In this document: piece after piece, positions 49,015-56,659 of the stretch
Position numbering within the stretch: the stretch's first letter is position 1
Layout of the letters: every line of letters begins with the position of its first letter
IMG/VR virus record: IMGVR_UViG_3300019935_000003
Span: 1 to 56,659 of that record
DNA: 56,659 nt
Origin: a virus
Lineage: Duplodnaviria; Caudoviricetes
Direction: 5' to 3' (one strand)
The notes under the pieces: generated by a model
Database searches by the model: none
What the model was told of the DNA's origin: nothing
Seen by the model: only the letters and a program-made list of their open reading frames with translations
Position numbers and translations under genes: made by a program

Positions 49015-49121
49015 TCTTCTTAGGTATCCTTACTTTTTTCTCCTCCTTAGAAAAATGAAGATTTAGCGCATAGCATACGCTCAACCCTCCTTAAAATATA
49101 ATGCTATGCGCTCCCTTTTTT
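49015..49121 (+). ncRNA. Candidate small RNA with three anti-Shine-Dalgarno motifs
   Basis: Promoter TTGTAT(48980)-17-TATAAT(49003); TCCTTA at 49027, 49044 and 49088; 12-bp stem 49065-49076/49101-49112 then CCC-T tract; no long ORF. Confidence 0.55.
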
Positions 49122-49213
49122 ACCCCCTCCATACCCACATTAATCACAGCATCTTTTTAATCACTTTTGCTTTCATGTAGAATACACCTTTATATCTAAA
49201 TAAAGGGCTAAAA

Positions 49214-49591
49214 ATGAAGGGTTCAAAGTTATTAAAGGTATTGGCTTATGTATTTCTTTTTATAGCCTTAATTTCCCTATTAATGTTTCTTGCCAATATG
49301 TTCATGGGCGGTAGTGGGGCTGCAATAAAGATTCCTGCATTCTTCTTTTCTTTCCTATTCAATACAGCAGTGGGCGCGGCATTTTCAGCAGCGGCAAGCT
49401 TTATGAATGCAGCACAGGAACACATGGATAAAAGCGCAGCACAAGACAGAAATACAAAAAAGCAACTGGAGGAACTTGTGCAAATTCAGAAAAGCATACT
49501 TATGACACAACGCGCTTTATTCAAGCAAAGTGGGGGGAATGCTGGCAAGAGCGCAGGGACAAGTAGAAAGGTAAAAGTAACACCTGAGTAA
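49214..49591 (+). CDS. Two-TM membrane protein with coiled-coil tail (moron)
   Basis: Two hydrophobic helices followed by a Q/K-rich helix. Confidence 0.7.
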   Translation: MKGSKLLKVLAYVFLFIALISLLMFLANMFMGGSGAAIKIPAFFFSFLFNTAVGAAFSAAASFMNAAQEHMDKSAAQDRNTKKQLEELVQIQKSILMTQRALFKQSGGNAGKSAGTSRKVKVTPE

Positions 49592-49611
49592 GGTTTATCT
49601 ATGTATTGATA

Positions 49612-49791
49612 TGGTCGCATGTTAAGCTATTGTTTTACAAAGACAAAAGAAGTAAATATGGTCTTGTTTATTAGTTTACTTGGTCGTACTTTATGATGGG
49701 GTTTAAGTGCGACTTGGTCGCATACCAAACCATTGATTATAAACAAAAATATATCCTAATAAGGTGGGGGCGCGCCTTGATGTGGTCATAT
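49612..49791. repeat. TGGTC(G) repeat cluster with IHF-like sites
   Basis: TGGTC at 49612, 49659, 49681, 49715 and 49783; palindrome TGCGAC-TTG-GTCGCA; CAAACCATTGATT at 49726. Confidence 0.55.
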
Positions 49792-49800
49792 TTCAGATAC

Positions 49801-49841
49801 AAAAAAAGCTGTGATAATTGGAAGTTATCACAGCTTGTTTT
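49801..49841. terminator. Bidirectional terminator
   Basis: A tract-AAGCTGTGATAA-TTGGAAG-TTATCACAGCTT-GTTTT. Confidence 0.75.
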
Positions 49842-50113
49842 GAGATTGTTTTAAAAAATCTTTTTCAAGCAAGGCATTTATAAAGCAAGTCCCTTTTTAC
49901 AAGGGCTACACAAGTAGTTCTATTATATAGGTACTAACATATGCATACAAATTTTAGAATTTAAAAGTAACGCCAGCATAATACAATGGTATAAAAATGT
50001 AAAGCACATCTAATACTTGTTTTTAAATTCCCATGCATTTCAAAAGAGCTGTAATAACAAGCCCTATACCATAAGAGCCATGCAGCACCACGCGCCGCGG
50101 TCTTTTTTTCTTC

Positions 50114-50563
50114 TTAGTCATCTATCCCTCCATTGGTAACTAGCTCAACAAAAGGATTATTACAACCGCCACGAGGTGCGTTTTCTGCATCAATAAAGGC
50201 ATCTTTTACAGGCTCACCAAGCCCAACCCCAACCCCGTTTGGTGTGGATGCAAGATAGTAGTTTTTAGTTCTATCACCACTTCTACCACCGCATGAGGCG
50301 TAATCAAAGGCACTAGGCGGATCAAGCTGATAAGGGTTGCTGGGATTTGCAATGGCTCTATTTAGAAGCATAAACCCCATCATTAAATGATTTACAGCAT
50401 GAGGTATCATACCTTGATCATATTCTGGATTTTCAGCAATACGCTCTTTTATTGCCTGTGCAACATCAATCTCTAATTTTTTGAAAAAATTGATATCTTC
50501 GAGGCATTTATACCTTAACGCGCGATAGTCTTTTCTTTCTTCTGTCATGAGTTGCTCACACAT
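50114..50563 (-). CDS. Acb2-like cyclic-oligonucleotide sponge (anti-CBASS candidate) with C-terminal extension
   Basis: KDYRAL.......INFFKKL...DQGMIPHAVNHLMMGFMLLNRAIANP parallels the recalled Acb2 pattern GYRxL...N..K.L...T..QxGxMx.xRAIAQP. Confidence 0.65.
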   Translation of the reverse strand: MCEQLMTEERKDYRALRYKCLEDINFFKKLEIDVAQAIKERIAENPEYDQGMIPHAVNHLMMGFMLLNRAIANPSNPYQLDPPSAFDYASCGGRSGDRTKNYYLASTPNGVGVGLGEPVKDAFIDAENAPRGGCNNPFVELVTNGGIDD

Positions 50564-50654
50564 GGGTTAGGGAATGTTTTTCTTGGATCTTTTTCTTGCC
50601 AATCATCAGGAATCTCTTTAGGTGGAGGCACATCTATGATGCTAGACATGGGCA

Positions 50655-51338
50655 TTACTTTCCTGTATCAACGATAATCTGCATATCACTATATTTATCA
50701 CGCAGAAAACCCAATGTATTTTCAATAAAATTATTTCGCTCCTTACCTTCTTCAATACTTTGGCGCAATATTTTATCATCCACTTTATCAGGTGTTATAT
50801 CTGATAATAAAGCAATAGCGTCCCTGCATTGACTCTCCCTTTCTTTATCACCATCCCTAACGGCTGCACAAAGGATTGATTCTAACTCAGATATACCGTC
50901 ATCATGTATCTGTTTTTTGTTGATATATAACCGCGCATCAATAAAGCAACTAGTGGCAATATGAGAGTGGTAGCGATTGATTAACTGGGTATTTGATTCA
51001 ACACCACAACTATGATTCCAAAAAACAAAAAAAGCGCGTTCAAAATGCGACATACTACCCACTTGCAAAGGCTTATCAAAATCAAAACCTGAAAAAAGAA
51101 ATGGATTGCAAATAAATACATCGCAGACCGTGATGCAATCAGGGTCTTGACCAATTTCAATACGACAATCTTCCCACACGCTTAACACCATTTCTCTTAC
51201 GGCATTAATTGTGCTTACACTACAGTTACAAGCAACAATAAATCGCTCTTTCTTCACTGCTGCACTTTTAATTTCACTCTCGAATTCACCTAGACGCGTA
51301 TCATCTTTTTCTGATGTGTCAATATATACTTTCATCAA
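50655..51338 (-). CDS. Hypothetical protein
   Basis: 227-aa ORF in a minus-strand block. Confidence 0.6.
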   Translation of the reverse strand: MMKVYIDTSEKDDTRLGEFESEIKSAAVKKERFIVACNCSVSTINAVREMVLSVWEDCRIEIGQDPDCITVCDVFICNPFLFSGFDFDKPLQVGSMSHFERAFFVFWNHSCGVESNTQLINRYHSHIATSCFIDARLYINKKQIHDDGISELESILCAAVRDGDKERESQCRDAIALLSDITPDKVDDKILRQSIEEGKERNNFIENTLGFLRDKYSDMQIIVDTGK

Positions 51339-51395
51339 TGTTATACACCTTATTTTCTTGATTACGTTTTTTAGAAGCAGAGGCTACCGTGATCA

Positions 51396-51905
51396 TCAAA
51401 AATTCCCCACTCGTTTTTTATTGATCAAGTTATCTGCATTTGCACGCTTTCTTAGCACTACATTATCCCTATATATACGCTTCTTGAAATACTCAGAGCC
51501 ACCAAACGCTACAGACCAGCCTTTATAATTATTGATATCTCCAACAATATTTAACACACCTATATTTGCATGATTAGCTAGACATATTGCTGACATCCTT
51601 GAATTAAATTTACCTTTATCAAGCAAGGCAAGTTCATCATGAAAAGAAAGATTTGTAAAAACAAGTACGTACTTAAGCTTAAACCCCTGCTTATTTGGGA
51701 GAGAAAATCTACTTCGCATATATGATATAGCTTGCCAAAAAAGCCTTGTATTCTTATGAGTAAAGCCGTTTGCTCTATGGGGAATATGTTTAACCTCAAC
51801 CCCAAAAGGAGCAGCCTTGAAGCCATTTTTTATGAGATGCTCTTTAGGGTAGAGTACGTAATCTATTCTTACTCCTGTATTTGTGTCTTCGCAAATACCA
51901 GACAC
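51396..51905 (-). CDS. Putative PD-(D/E)XK nuclease-fold protein (start uncertain)
   Basis: RIDYVLYP...FGVEVK; in frame with the upstream ORF across a single TAG. Confidence 0.55.
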   Translation of the reverse strand: MSGICEDTNTGVRIDYVLYPKEHLIKNGFKAAPFGVEVKHIPHRANGFTHKNTRLFWQAISYMRSRFSLPNKQGFKLKYVLVFTNLSFHDELALLDKGKFNSRMSAICLANHANIGVLNIVGDINNYKGWSVAFGGSEYFKKRIYRDNVVLRKRANADNLINKKRVGNF

Positions 51906-51962
51906 TTCAGGGAATATTTTAAAATCATCTACAAGGTAATCCTCAAGGTATTGTTTTAACTG

Positions 51963-52502
51963 CTATTCATTTTGAAATACATCATTAAAACTCTGAATTC
52001 TTTGAAGCTTAGCATCTTCAATTTTATCTAGCTCTTGTCTTAATATAGAAGCAACCTTATCCTCACCAAGCTCACCTACACAGGTTTTTATCATGCTGCA
52101 AAGGGCGTTTTCTTTGTCTTCTTCATGTTTATCACAATCTTTATAGTACACCCCCTCCTTTTCATGTAGAAGCCGTTCCATATCCTTCTTATCTCTCACC
52201 AAGTCAGGAATTTTTTCCCTAGCATAAGGAACAACAGGAGAAAAAATCCCCAAAGAGGAGAGATTACCATTCGTTAACTTTTCAGCTTCTTTTTTACTTA
52301 TTGCATTACCCGCTTGGTGATAACAGTCTTCACACTGCCTCACAAAATGTAAATGATTGTTTATAAATCTCTTTACCACCTTGGTGTTAACATGGTGCTC
52401 ACACTCTTTATCTAAGACATCTTGCAATCCATTAATTTCAGAGCTAATCATGCCGATGATTTCTTGTATCGCTTGTAGCTCTTCTTTATCCCTATTTTTC
52501 AT
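51963..52502 (-). CDS. Hypothetical protein
   Basis: 179-aa ORF ending in TAG, in frame with the next ORF. Confidence 0.6.
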   Translation of the reverse strand: MKNRDKEELQAIQEIIGMISSEINGLQDVLDKECEHHVNTKVVKRFINNHLHFVRQCEDCYHQAGNAISKKEAEKLTNGNLSSLGIFSPVVPYAREKIPDLVRDKKDMERLLHEKEGVYYKDCDKHEEDKENALCSMIKTCVGELGEDKVASILRQELDKIEDAKLQRIQSFNDVFQNE

Positions 52503-52505
52503 ACC

Positions 52506-52937
52506 CTACCCTTGAAACAAAAAATAAACTGGCATACCAAAAATTACAGACAAACCCCATATCTCCACAATAATTTTTTCAGTATTTTTATCTAACATAA
52601 GGCGCGGAAAAATAACACTAATATAATGCATATGAAGATAGAACATGCATAACAATGGCACACATAATTCAAACAATGAAATATCAGGGGAATAAGTTGC
52701 TATTGAAAGTGACACAAGTACTGCAGGAACTCCCAAGACATAGGAGCGTGGGTGTGGGCGTAAAAGAGATATAGATGCATGTATAAGAAATGATATGTAG
52801 ATAACAATAAGAAATATGTAGAGTGCATACTTACTTGTTATTAAATCTTCTGACAATGCAGCAAGGGAAAGTGCAGCTAATATATCTAACCCTAGCGACA
52901 TAAACAGCCATTTTTTACGTTTTCTTGCCAAGTTCAT
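52506..52937 (-). CDS. Polytopic membrane protein
   Basis: Four to five hydrophobic segments. Confidence 0.65.
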   Translation of the reverse strand: MNLARKRKKWLFMSLGLDILAALSLAALSEDLITSKYALYIFLIVIYISFLIHASISLLRPHPRSYVLGVPAVLVSLSIATYSPDISLFELCVPLLCMFYLHMHYISVIFPRLMLDKNTEKIIVEIWGLSVIFGMPVYFLFQG

Positions 52938-53108
52938 GGGAGGATAGCCTTTTTGTTTTAGCCTTTAAAATCCCCGCTGCAATGGCTAAAAAAACAGCAG
53001 GGCATAACGTTACTTATATCAATTAATGCATTTAAAACCTGAGCACAAAAAGTAGGTTAATAAATGTAATATACATATTATACTTGTATTTTTTGACAGC
53101 GTAAAGGC

Positions 53109-53675
53109 TTAGGTGTCTGTTACCGCGCCGATAAAGATCACGTGGTTTACAGCCTCCTCCCCATTTAGATCGTTGGCTTTTGGTGGAGATTGTATTTCGT
53201 AAATATCGACGGTGGTGCTATACGTCACTGCGTAGCTTGCTAAGCCTGCTTGTGACGTTGTAAAAGTTAAGCCGTCACTCTCTAGCTTTATACCTTCCAA
53301 TGCGCTCCCATAAAGCAGCTCTAAGGAGTAGTTATTGCCGTGCACTGGCTTATCAACCTTATCATCATTTATAAACTCCTTTTCAGGGTCTATATCCGAT
53401 TCTAGTTTATTAAAGACAATAGCGTCTCGCATGTCTATTGTTTTCTCCCCTACCTTTGCTGCTGTTCCAAAGCTTGTATGTACTTGCGCCACAAATACGT
53501 TAGGACTTCTATAAACAAAAGCATAAAGAGACTCCCCTATTTTTCCCTTGCTTGATGCTGAATATTCCCCAGTGCTTAGTTTCTTCATAAGCTTTGCAGA
53601 AATGTGGGCATCTGTATCCGCGTCTGAGAAAGCAAATCTTGCTTCAAGCGTTGCTGACAAACCCATACTTATCAC
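53109..53675 (-). CDS. Displaced paralog of tail-operon protein 20851-21408
   Basis: HISAKLMKK/HLSARLVKK, YAFVYRS/YALVYHS, KPVH/KPIH, DGLTFTTSQAGLA/DGMTFRTTQLGLA. Confidence 0.75.
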   Translation of the reverse strand: MISMGLSATLEARFAFSDADTDAHISAKLMKKLSTGEYSASSKGKIGESLYAFVYRSPNVFVAQVHTSFGTAAKVGEKTIDMRDAIVFNKLESDIDPEKEFINDDKVDKPVHGNNYSLELLYGSALEGIKLESDGLTFTTSQAGLASYAVTYSTTVDIYEIQSPPKANDLNGEEAVNHVIFIGAVTDT

Positions 53676-53786
53676 CTTTACCCTTCTAAATAAAAAACAG
53701 CATAAAAAACAGGGCGAAGCCTATTTCTTTCTTTATTTATTTTATTATATACATTGTTATGCAACAAGCTTCTCATTTGTTAACAC

Positions 53787-54104
53787 GTAAACATACCGTT
53801 TGTGTATAATGTAAGTTACTTATTTTATTTAAAATAATTGCGGTAAAGGTCTATTAAGCTTCTATGTAAACTAGCCGTAAACCTTTTTCTTGCTTCCCTA
53901 AGTGATTGAAATTTAGATAGTAAAAAATACACGTTTCAAGTGGTGGCGTGTGTATTTGTATGTTTTATTGCGACCTAAGTAAACATCCACCGTAAACCTA
54001 GCAGTAAGCTTATTTATTTCTTATTGTAAGTACATGTATTCAATCGTTTTTTATGGCAAATATAACGAGTAAACATACCCGCAAACATAGCCGTAAACCT
54101 TTTT
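53787..54104 (+). repeat. Intergenic direct-repeat array (GTAAAC core)
   Basis: GTAAAC at 53787, 53866, 53877, 53979, 53992, 54069 and 54093, variants at 54004 and 54081; TAGCCGTAAACCTTTTT occurs twice. Confidence 0.8.
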
Positions 54105-54137
54105 TAAGTAAAAAAATATAGGAGAAAAATTCTTTGC

Positions 54138-54611
54138 TTACATAAGGGAGTTTATTAGTGTCTGTAGCTTGCTATTTTCCTCTTTAAGCTCTTGTATCTG
54201 CGTTTTTAAAGCTCTTTCGTCGCGCAATATTGCGAGCAATTCGCTCTCCATTTTCTGTCTTTCTTCTCGCTCTCTTTGTAGTTCAAGTGTTAGTTGGGCT
54301 ATTTTTACATTTTCCTTTCTCTGCTCGGGGGCTGCCCTGTCCATTTCTCCGCGCCCATGTAAAAGCCAGTCGTGACTTATACCGAGGGCTTGGGCAAGCT
54401 CATAAGTCATTTTGGAGTGCTTTATGTCTCCCTTTTCAAGCATACTTATATATTGCTGCTGAGCACCTTCGCCTGCTATGTCTTCGCCATTTTTTTCCCT
54501 TATTTCGTTGACGAGTTTTGCAAGCTTTGACTGTGTAAGTGAGCGCAGTCCTCTTGTGAATTTTAACCTGTCGCTTAGTGTATTTAAAATTATACCGCTT
54601 GTTTTTCCCAT
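54138..54611 (-). CDS. CI-like XRE repressor with coiled-coil C-terminus (switch 2)
   Basis: TLSDRLKFTR..RSLTQSKLA...QQYISMLEKG...ELAQALGISHDWLLHGRGEM; no S24 peptidase domain. Confidence 0.85.
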   Translation of the reverse strand: MGKTSGIILNTLSDRLKFTRGLRSLTQSKLAKLVNEIREKNGEDIAGEGAQQQYISMLEKGDIKHSKMTYELAQALGISHDWLLHGRGEMDRAAPEQRKENVKIAQLTLELQREREERQKMESELLAILRDERALKTQIQELKEENSKLQTLINSLM

Positions 54612-54694
54612 TACCTTATTCTCCTATATAATCGTTTATATACAATTATTTATGTGATTTTTTATGTTTTTCGCTTGTTTTTCGCTTGTTTTTT

Positions 54695-54725
54695 ACTTGT
54701 ATTTAACAAGTCTATAGTATACAAT
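54695..54725 (+). promoter_or_regulatory. Rightward promoter with an overlapping palindrome (switch 2)
   Basis: TTGTAT(54697)-17-TACAAT(54720); ACTTGT-ATTTA-ACAAGT at 54695-54711. Confidence 0.6.
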
Positions 54726-54808
54726 TTTTCTTGTTGGCAGTAAGTATACATAAAAAAAATACATTGTCACATTAAGCAAATAAATGCTTGTTTACTAAGG
54801 AATACATA

Positions 54809-55024
54809 ATGCGACCAAAAAAAACAATGGCAGAAAAGAAAATACAGACAACTGTCCACATGTCAGCGCATGCAATAAGCGAAGTTGAGGAATACCGCGC
54901 GGCATTCGGTGCAACTTTTTCAGGGGCTTGTGAACATCTTTTGAAAGAAGGGCTTAAGTCAATGGGGCAAAAATTCGGTAAAATAGAGAAGAAATTGATA
55001 GCATGTTTACCCATCTTTATTTAA
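54809..55024 (+). CDS. Small ribbon-helix-helix-like regulator
   Basis: IQTTVHMSAHAISEVEEYRAAFGATFSGACEHLLKEGL; AAGGA RBS. Confidence 0.65.
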   Translation: MRPKKTMAEKKIQTTVHMSAHAISEVEEYRAAFGATFSGACEHLLKEGLKSMGQKFGKIEKKLIACLPIFI

Positions 55025-55236
55025 TCGCCTTAATCACATTTTTCGCCTTTGTGGGTAGTGTTTCAGCAGCTGAAACTTACCCACGTTGCTTTAAGCGCAT
55101 ATGTCCTGTGGGGGCTGTTGTAAAAGATGCGGATAAACATAAAATATACAGCAAGCCGCCACAGTACGTGAGAATAGAGAAGCCTGAGCGATGCAAGTGC
55201 ATATATCCGCTTGAATTGCGAGCGTCATTGAAGTAA
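55003..55236 (+). CDS. Small exported Cys-containing protein
   Basis: Signal peptide ending VSA-AE; four cysteines. Confidence 0.5.
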   Translation: MFTHLYLIALITFFAFVGSVSAAETYPRCFKRICPVGAVVKDADKHKIYSKPPQYVRIEKPERCKCIYPLELRASLK

Positions 55237-55253
55237 TTAGGAGGGGCTAAGGA

Positions 55254-56348
55254 ATGCCAAAAAAAATAGGAGAAATGATACATATTGTATTTTATGTAAA
55301 TGGAAAACGTATGCAACGCACAACCGGGTTAAAATTTAACTCAAGAAATTGGCGTAAAGCTGCAAAAATGGAAACAGAAGAAAGAAGTAAAGCATTAAAA
55401 GATAAGCCATTTTTAAGCATTCCCTCTGAAAAAGAGCGTGCAAATAGATTAACAGTAGAACGTGTTTTAAGTGAATACTTAGAATACCTTGAGTTGAGAG
55501 TCAGATCAGGCGACGAAAAAAAACGCGTATTTGATGAAAAAAAGCGTAACTCTTTAAAATTTGAAGCATTATTTCCTGTAATTATTTTTGAACTGACAAA
55601 AAAAAATGTTTTGGAGCATATAAATACTAGGCAATTAGAATTTAACGAGACAAATGATAATGTAAACAGGCAGTTATCCGTTCTTTCATTGGCTATACAA
55701 CATGCACAAAAATGGCATGGCGTAATAATAAGCAATGTAACAACGGGGTTAAGGTTGAAAAGAAACTCTCCTAGAACTCGACATGCAAGTATTGAAGAAA
55801 TTGAACTGTTATTGTCAGCAGCAAAGAAAAGTGAAAATGTAAAATTATATGATTACGTAGTCATTCTTTTAAATACAGGTATGCGCGTCACAGAGCTGCT
55901 TAGTTTAAAAGAAAGTGAGTTATGTATAGAGGATAGAACAGCGACATTAAAAGACACTAAAAACGGCTCTACGAGAGTAGTTATATTAAATAATAAGGCT
56001 GTTAAATCGTTTAAAAGCCTTTTAGCTATAAAAAAGGCTCAAAGTAAAGGTATTTATAGTCCTTATATATTCCCGTCCGACTCTGAAAAAGGACATGTAT
56101 TATGCTTCAAAAAAAGCTATAACTCAGCGTTAAAAACATCAGGCATAATATGGAAAGGAGAGGATAAATTAACAATGAGGGACTTAAGGACAACATATGC
56201 AACACACGCACTGAACTCAGGTGTACCCCTGAATGTTGTGCAGGGAATGCTGGGGCATAGCAGCCCAGAATTGACAGCTCGTGTATATGCATTTACAAAA
56301 CTATCAGAAGATAAAAATAAAAATATACTGCTAAGATTTAAGATTTAA
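55254..56348 (+). CDS. int: Tyrosine integrase
   Basis: NTGMRVTELL, DTKNG, RDLR (HxxR variant), LGHSS and catalytic Tyr in ARVYA; adjacent to att. Confidence 0.95.
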   Translation: MPKKIGEMIHIVFYVNGKRMQRTTGLKFNSRNWRKAAKMETEERSKALKDKPFLSIPSEKERANRLTVERVLSEYLEYLELRVRSGDEKKRVFDEKKRNSLKFEALFPVIIFELTKKNVLEHINTRQLEFNETNDNVNRQLSVLSLAIQHAQKWHGVIISNVTTGLRLKRNSPRTRHASIEEIELLLSAAKKSENVKLYDYVVILLNTGMRVTELLSLKESELCIEDRTATLKDTKNGSTRVVILNNKAVKSFKSLLAIKKAQSKGIYSPYIFPSDSEKGHVLCFKKSYNSALKTSGIIWKGEDKLTMRDLRTTYATHALNSGVPLNVVQGMLGHSSPELTARVYAFTKLSEDKNKNILLRFKI

Positions 56349-56361
56349 TTTTTTAAAAAAA

Positions 56362-56403
56362 TAAAATTATTTGGTTGACTTATGCGTGTATTTATATAAT
56401 AAT
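56362..56403 (+). promoter_or_regulatory. Cassette-type promoter P6 pointing toward att
   Basis: AAATTATTTGGTTGACTTA matches P1; -35 at 56375, AATAAT at 17-bp spacing, then GAAAATCACTT like the P1 leader. Confidence 0.6.
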
Positions 56404-56532
56404 GAAAATCACTTGTTAATTACTTGTTTTTTTAAAAAGTTGGTAAAAAATTGAGAAACAAGGCTATAATTCACATCAACAGTGTAAATTATTAGTATTT
56501 GTAATTAAGGCAAACATAATTAAAACAGTAAC

Positions 56533-56593
56533 TTAGCTACTTTGGGGATGGTGGGTCTGGAGTGACTCGAACACTCGACCTGCCGATTATGAG
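56533..56593. repeat. Right att site
   Basis: Second copy of the 61-bp repeat, overlapping the intact tRNA. Confidence 0.95.
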
Positions 56594-56625
56594 TCGGATG
56601 CTCTAACCAACTGAGCTACAGACCC
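56549..56625 (-). tRNA. tRNA with CAT anticodon, probably tRNA-Ile2 (lysidine type); integration target
   Basis: Reverse complement GGGTCTGTAGCTCAGTTGGTTAGAGCATCCGACTCATAATCGGCAGGTCGAGTGTTCGAGTCACTCCAGACCCACCA folds as a 77-nt cloverleaf with CCA; the GACTCATAATC arm resembles Ile2. Confidence 0.9.
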
Positions 56626-56659
56626 CCTAAGTGAGGCAGGAATTGTAGCAAAACAGAAA

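Larger units (their letters stand above)
50..56593. mobile_element. Complete integrated temperate prophage (siphovirus-type tail, Mu-like head/neck genes, tyrosine integrase)
   Basis: Flanked by identical 61-bp repeats containing a tRNA 3' half; integrase next to the right repeat; terminase, portal, capsid, tail, replication and repressor genes inside. Confidence 0.95.

Noticed and set aside
51963-51965. Genome-wide TAG recoding
   Set aside because: Many other genes end normally at TAG and conserved genes are not interrupted
2759-56292. Numerous 60-170 aa antisense ORFs in the track
   Set aside because: They are shadows of well-supported genes on the opposite strand and have no motifs

Overview
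The window is one apparently complete ~56.5 kb low-GC temperate prophage. It is integrated by a tyrosine integrase (55254-56348) into a tRNA with a CAT anticodon (probably tRNA-Ile2; 56549-56625, minus strand) and is bounded by an exact 61-bp att direct repeat (50-110 and 56533-56593). It encodes replication (initiator plus DnaC-like loader), terminase, a Mu-like portal/gpF/gp36/gpG neck set, a lambda-E-like capsid and a long non-contractile tail with the lambda GGGAAAG chaperone frameshift. It also carries RecE-like and SSB-like genes, ProQ/FinO, HU/IHF and two separate repressor/cro switches. The most unusual module is a membrane-anchored FtsK/TraB-like DNA translocase with a C-terminal HTH. 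Its own coding linker holds 14 exact copies of one hexamer (GGAAAC/GTTTCC) in 460 bp, read as three different peptides, and it is followed by a palindrome and a tandem ribbon-helix-helix protein. This is a candidate Streptomyces-TraB/clt-like cell-to-cell DNA transfer system inside a tailed prophage whose host may be filamentous. Other highlights are a family of conserved sigma70 promoter cassettes (one fires across att), an Acb2-like anti-CBASS protein, a probable anti-Shine-Dalgarno sRNA, an HTH-less WYL protein and two intergenic repeat/IHF arrays. All family assignments are by eye from motifs; no database search was run.
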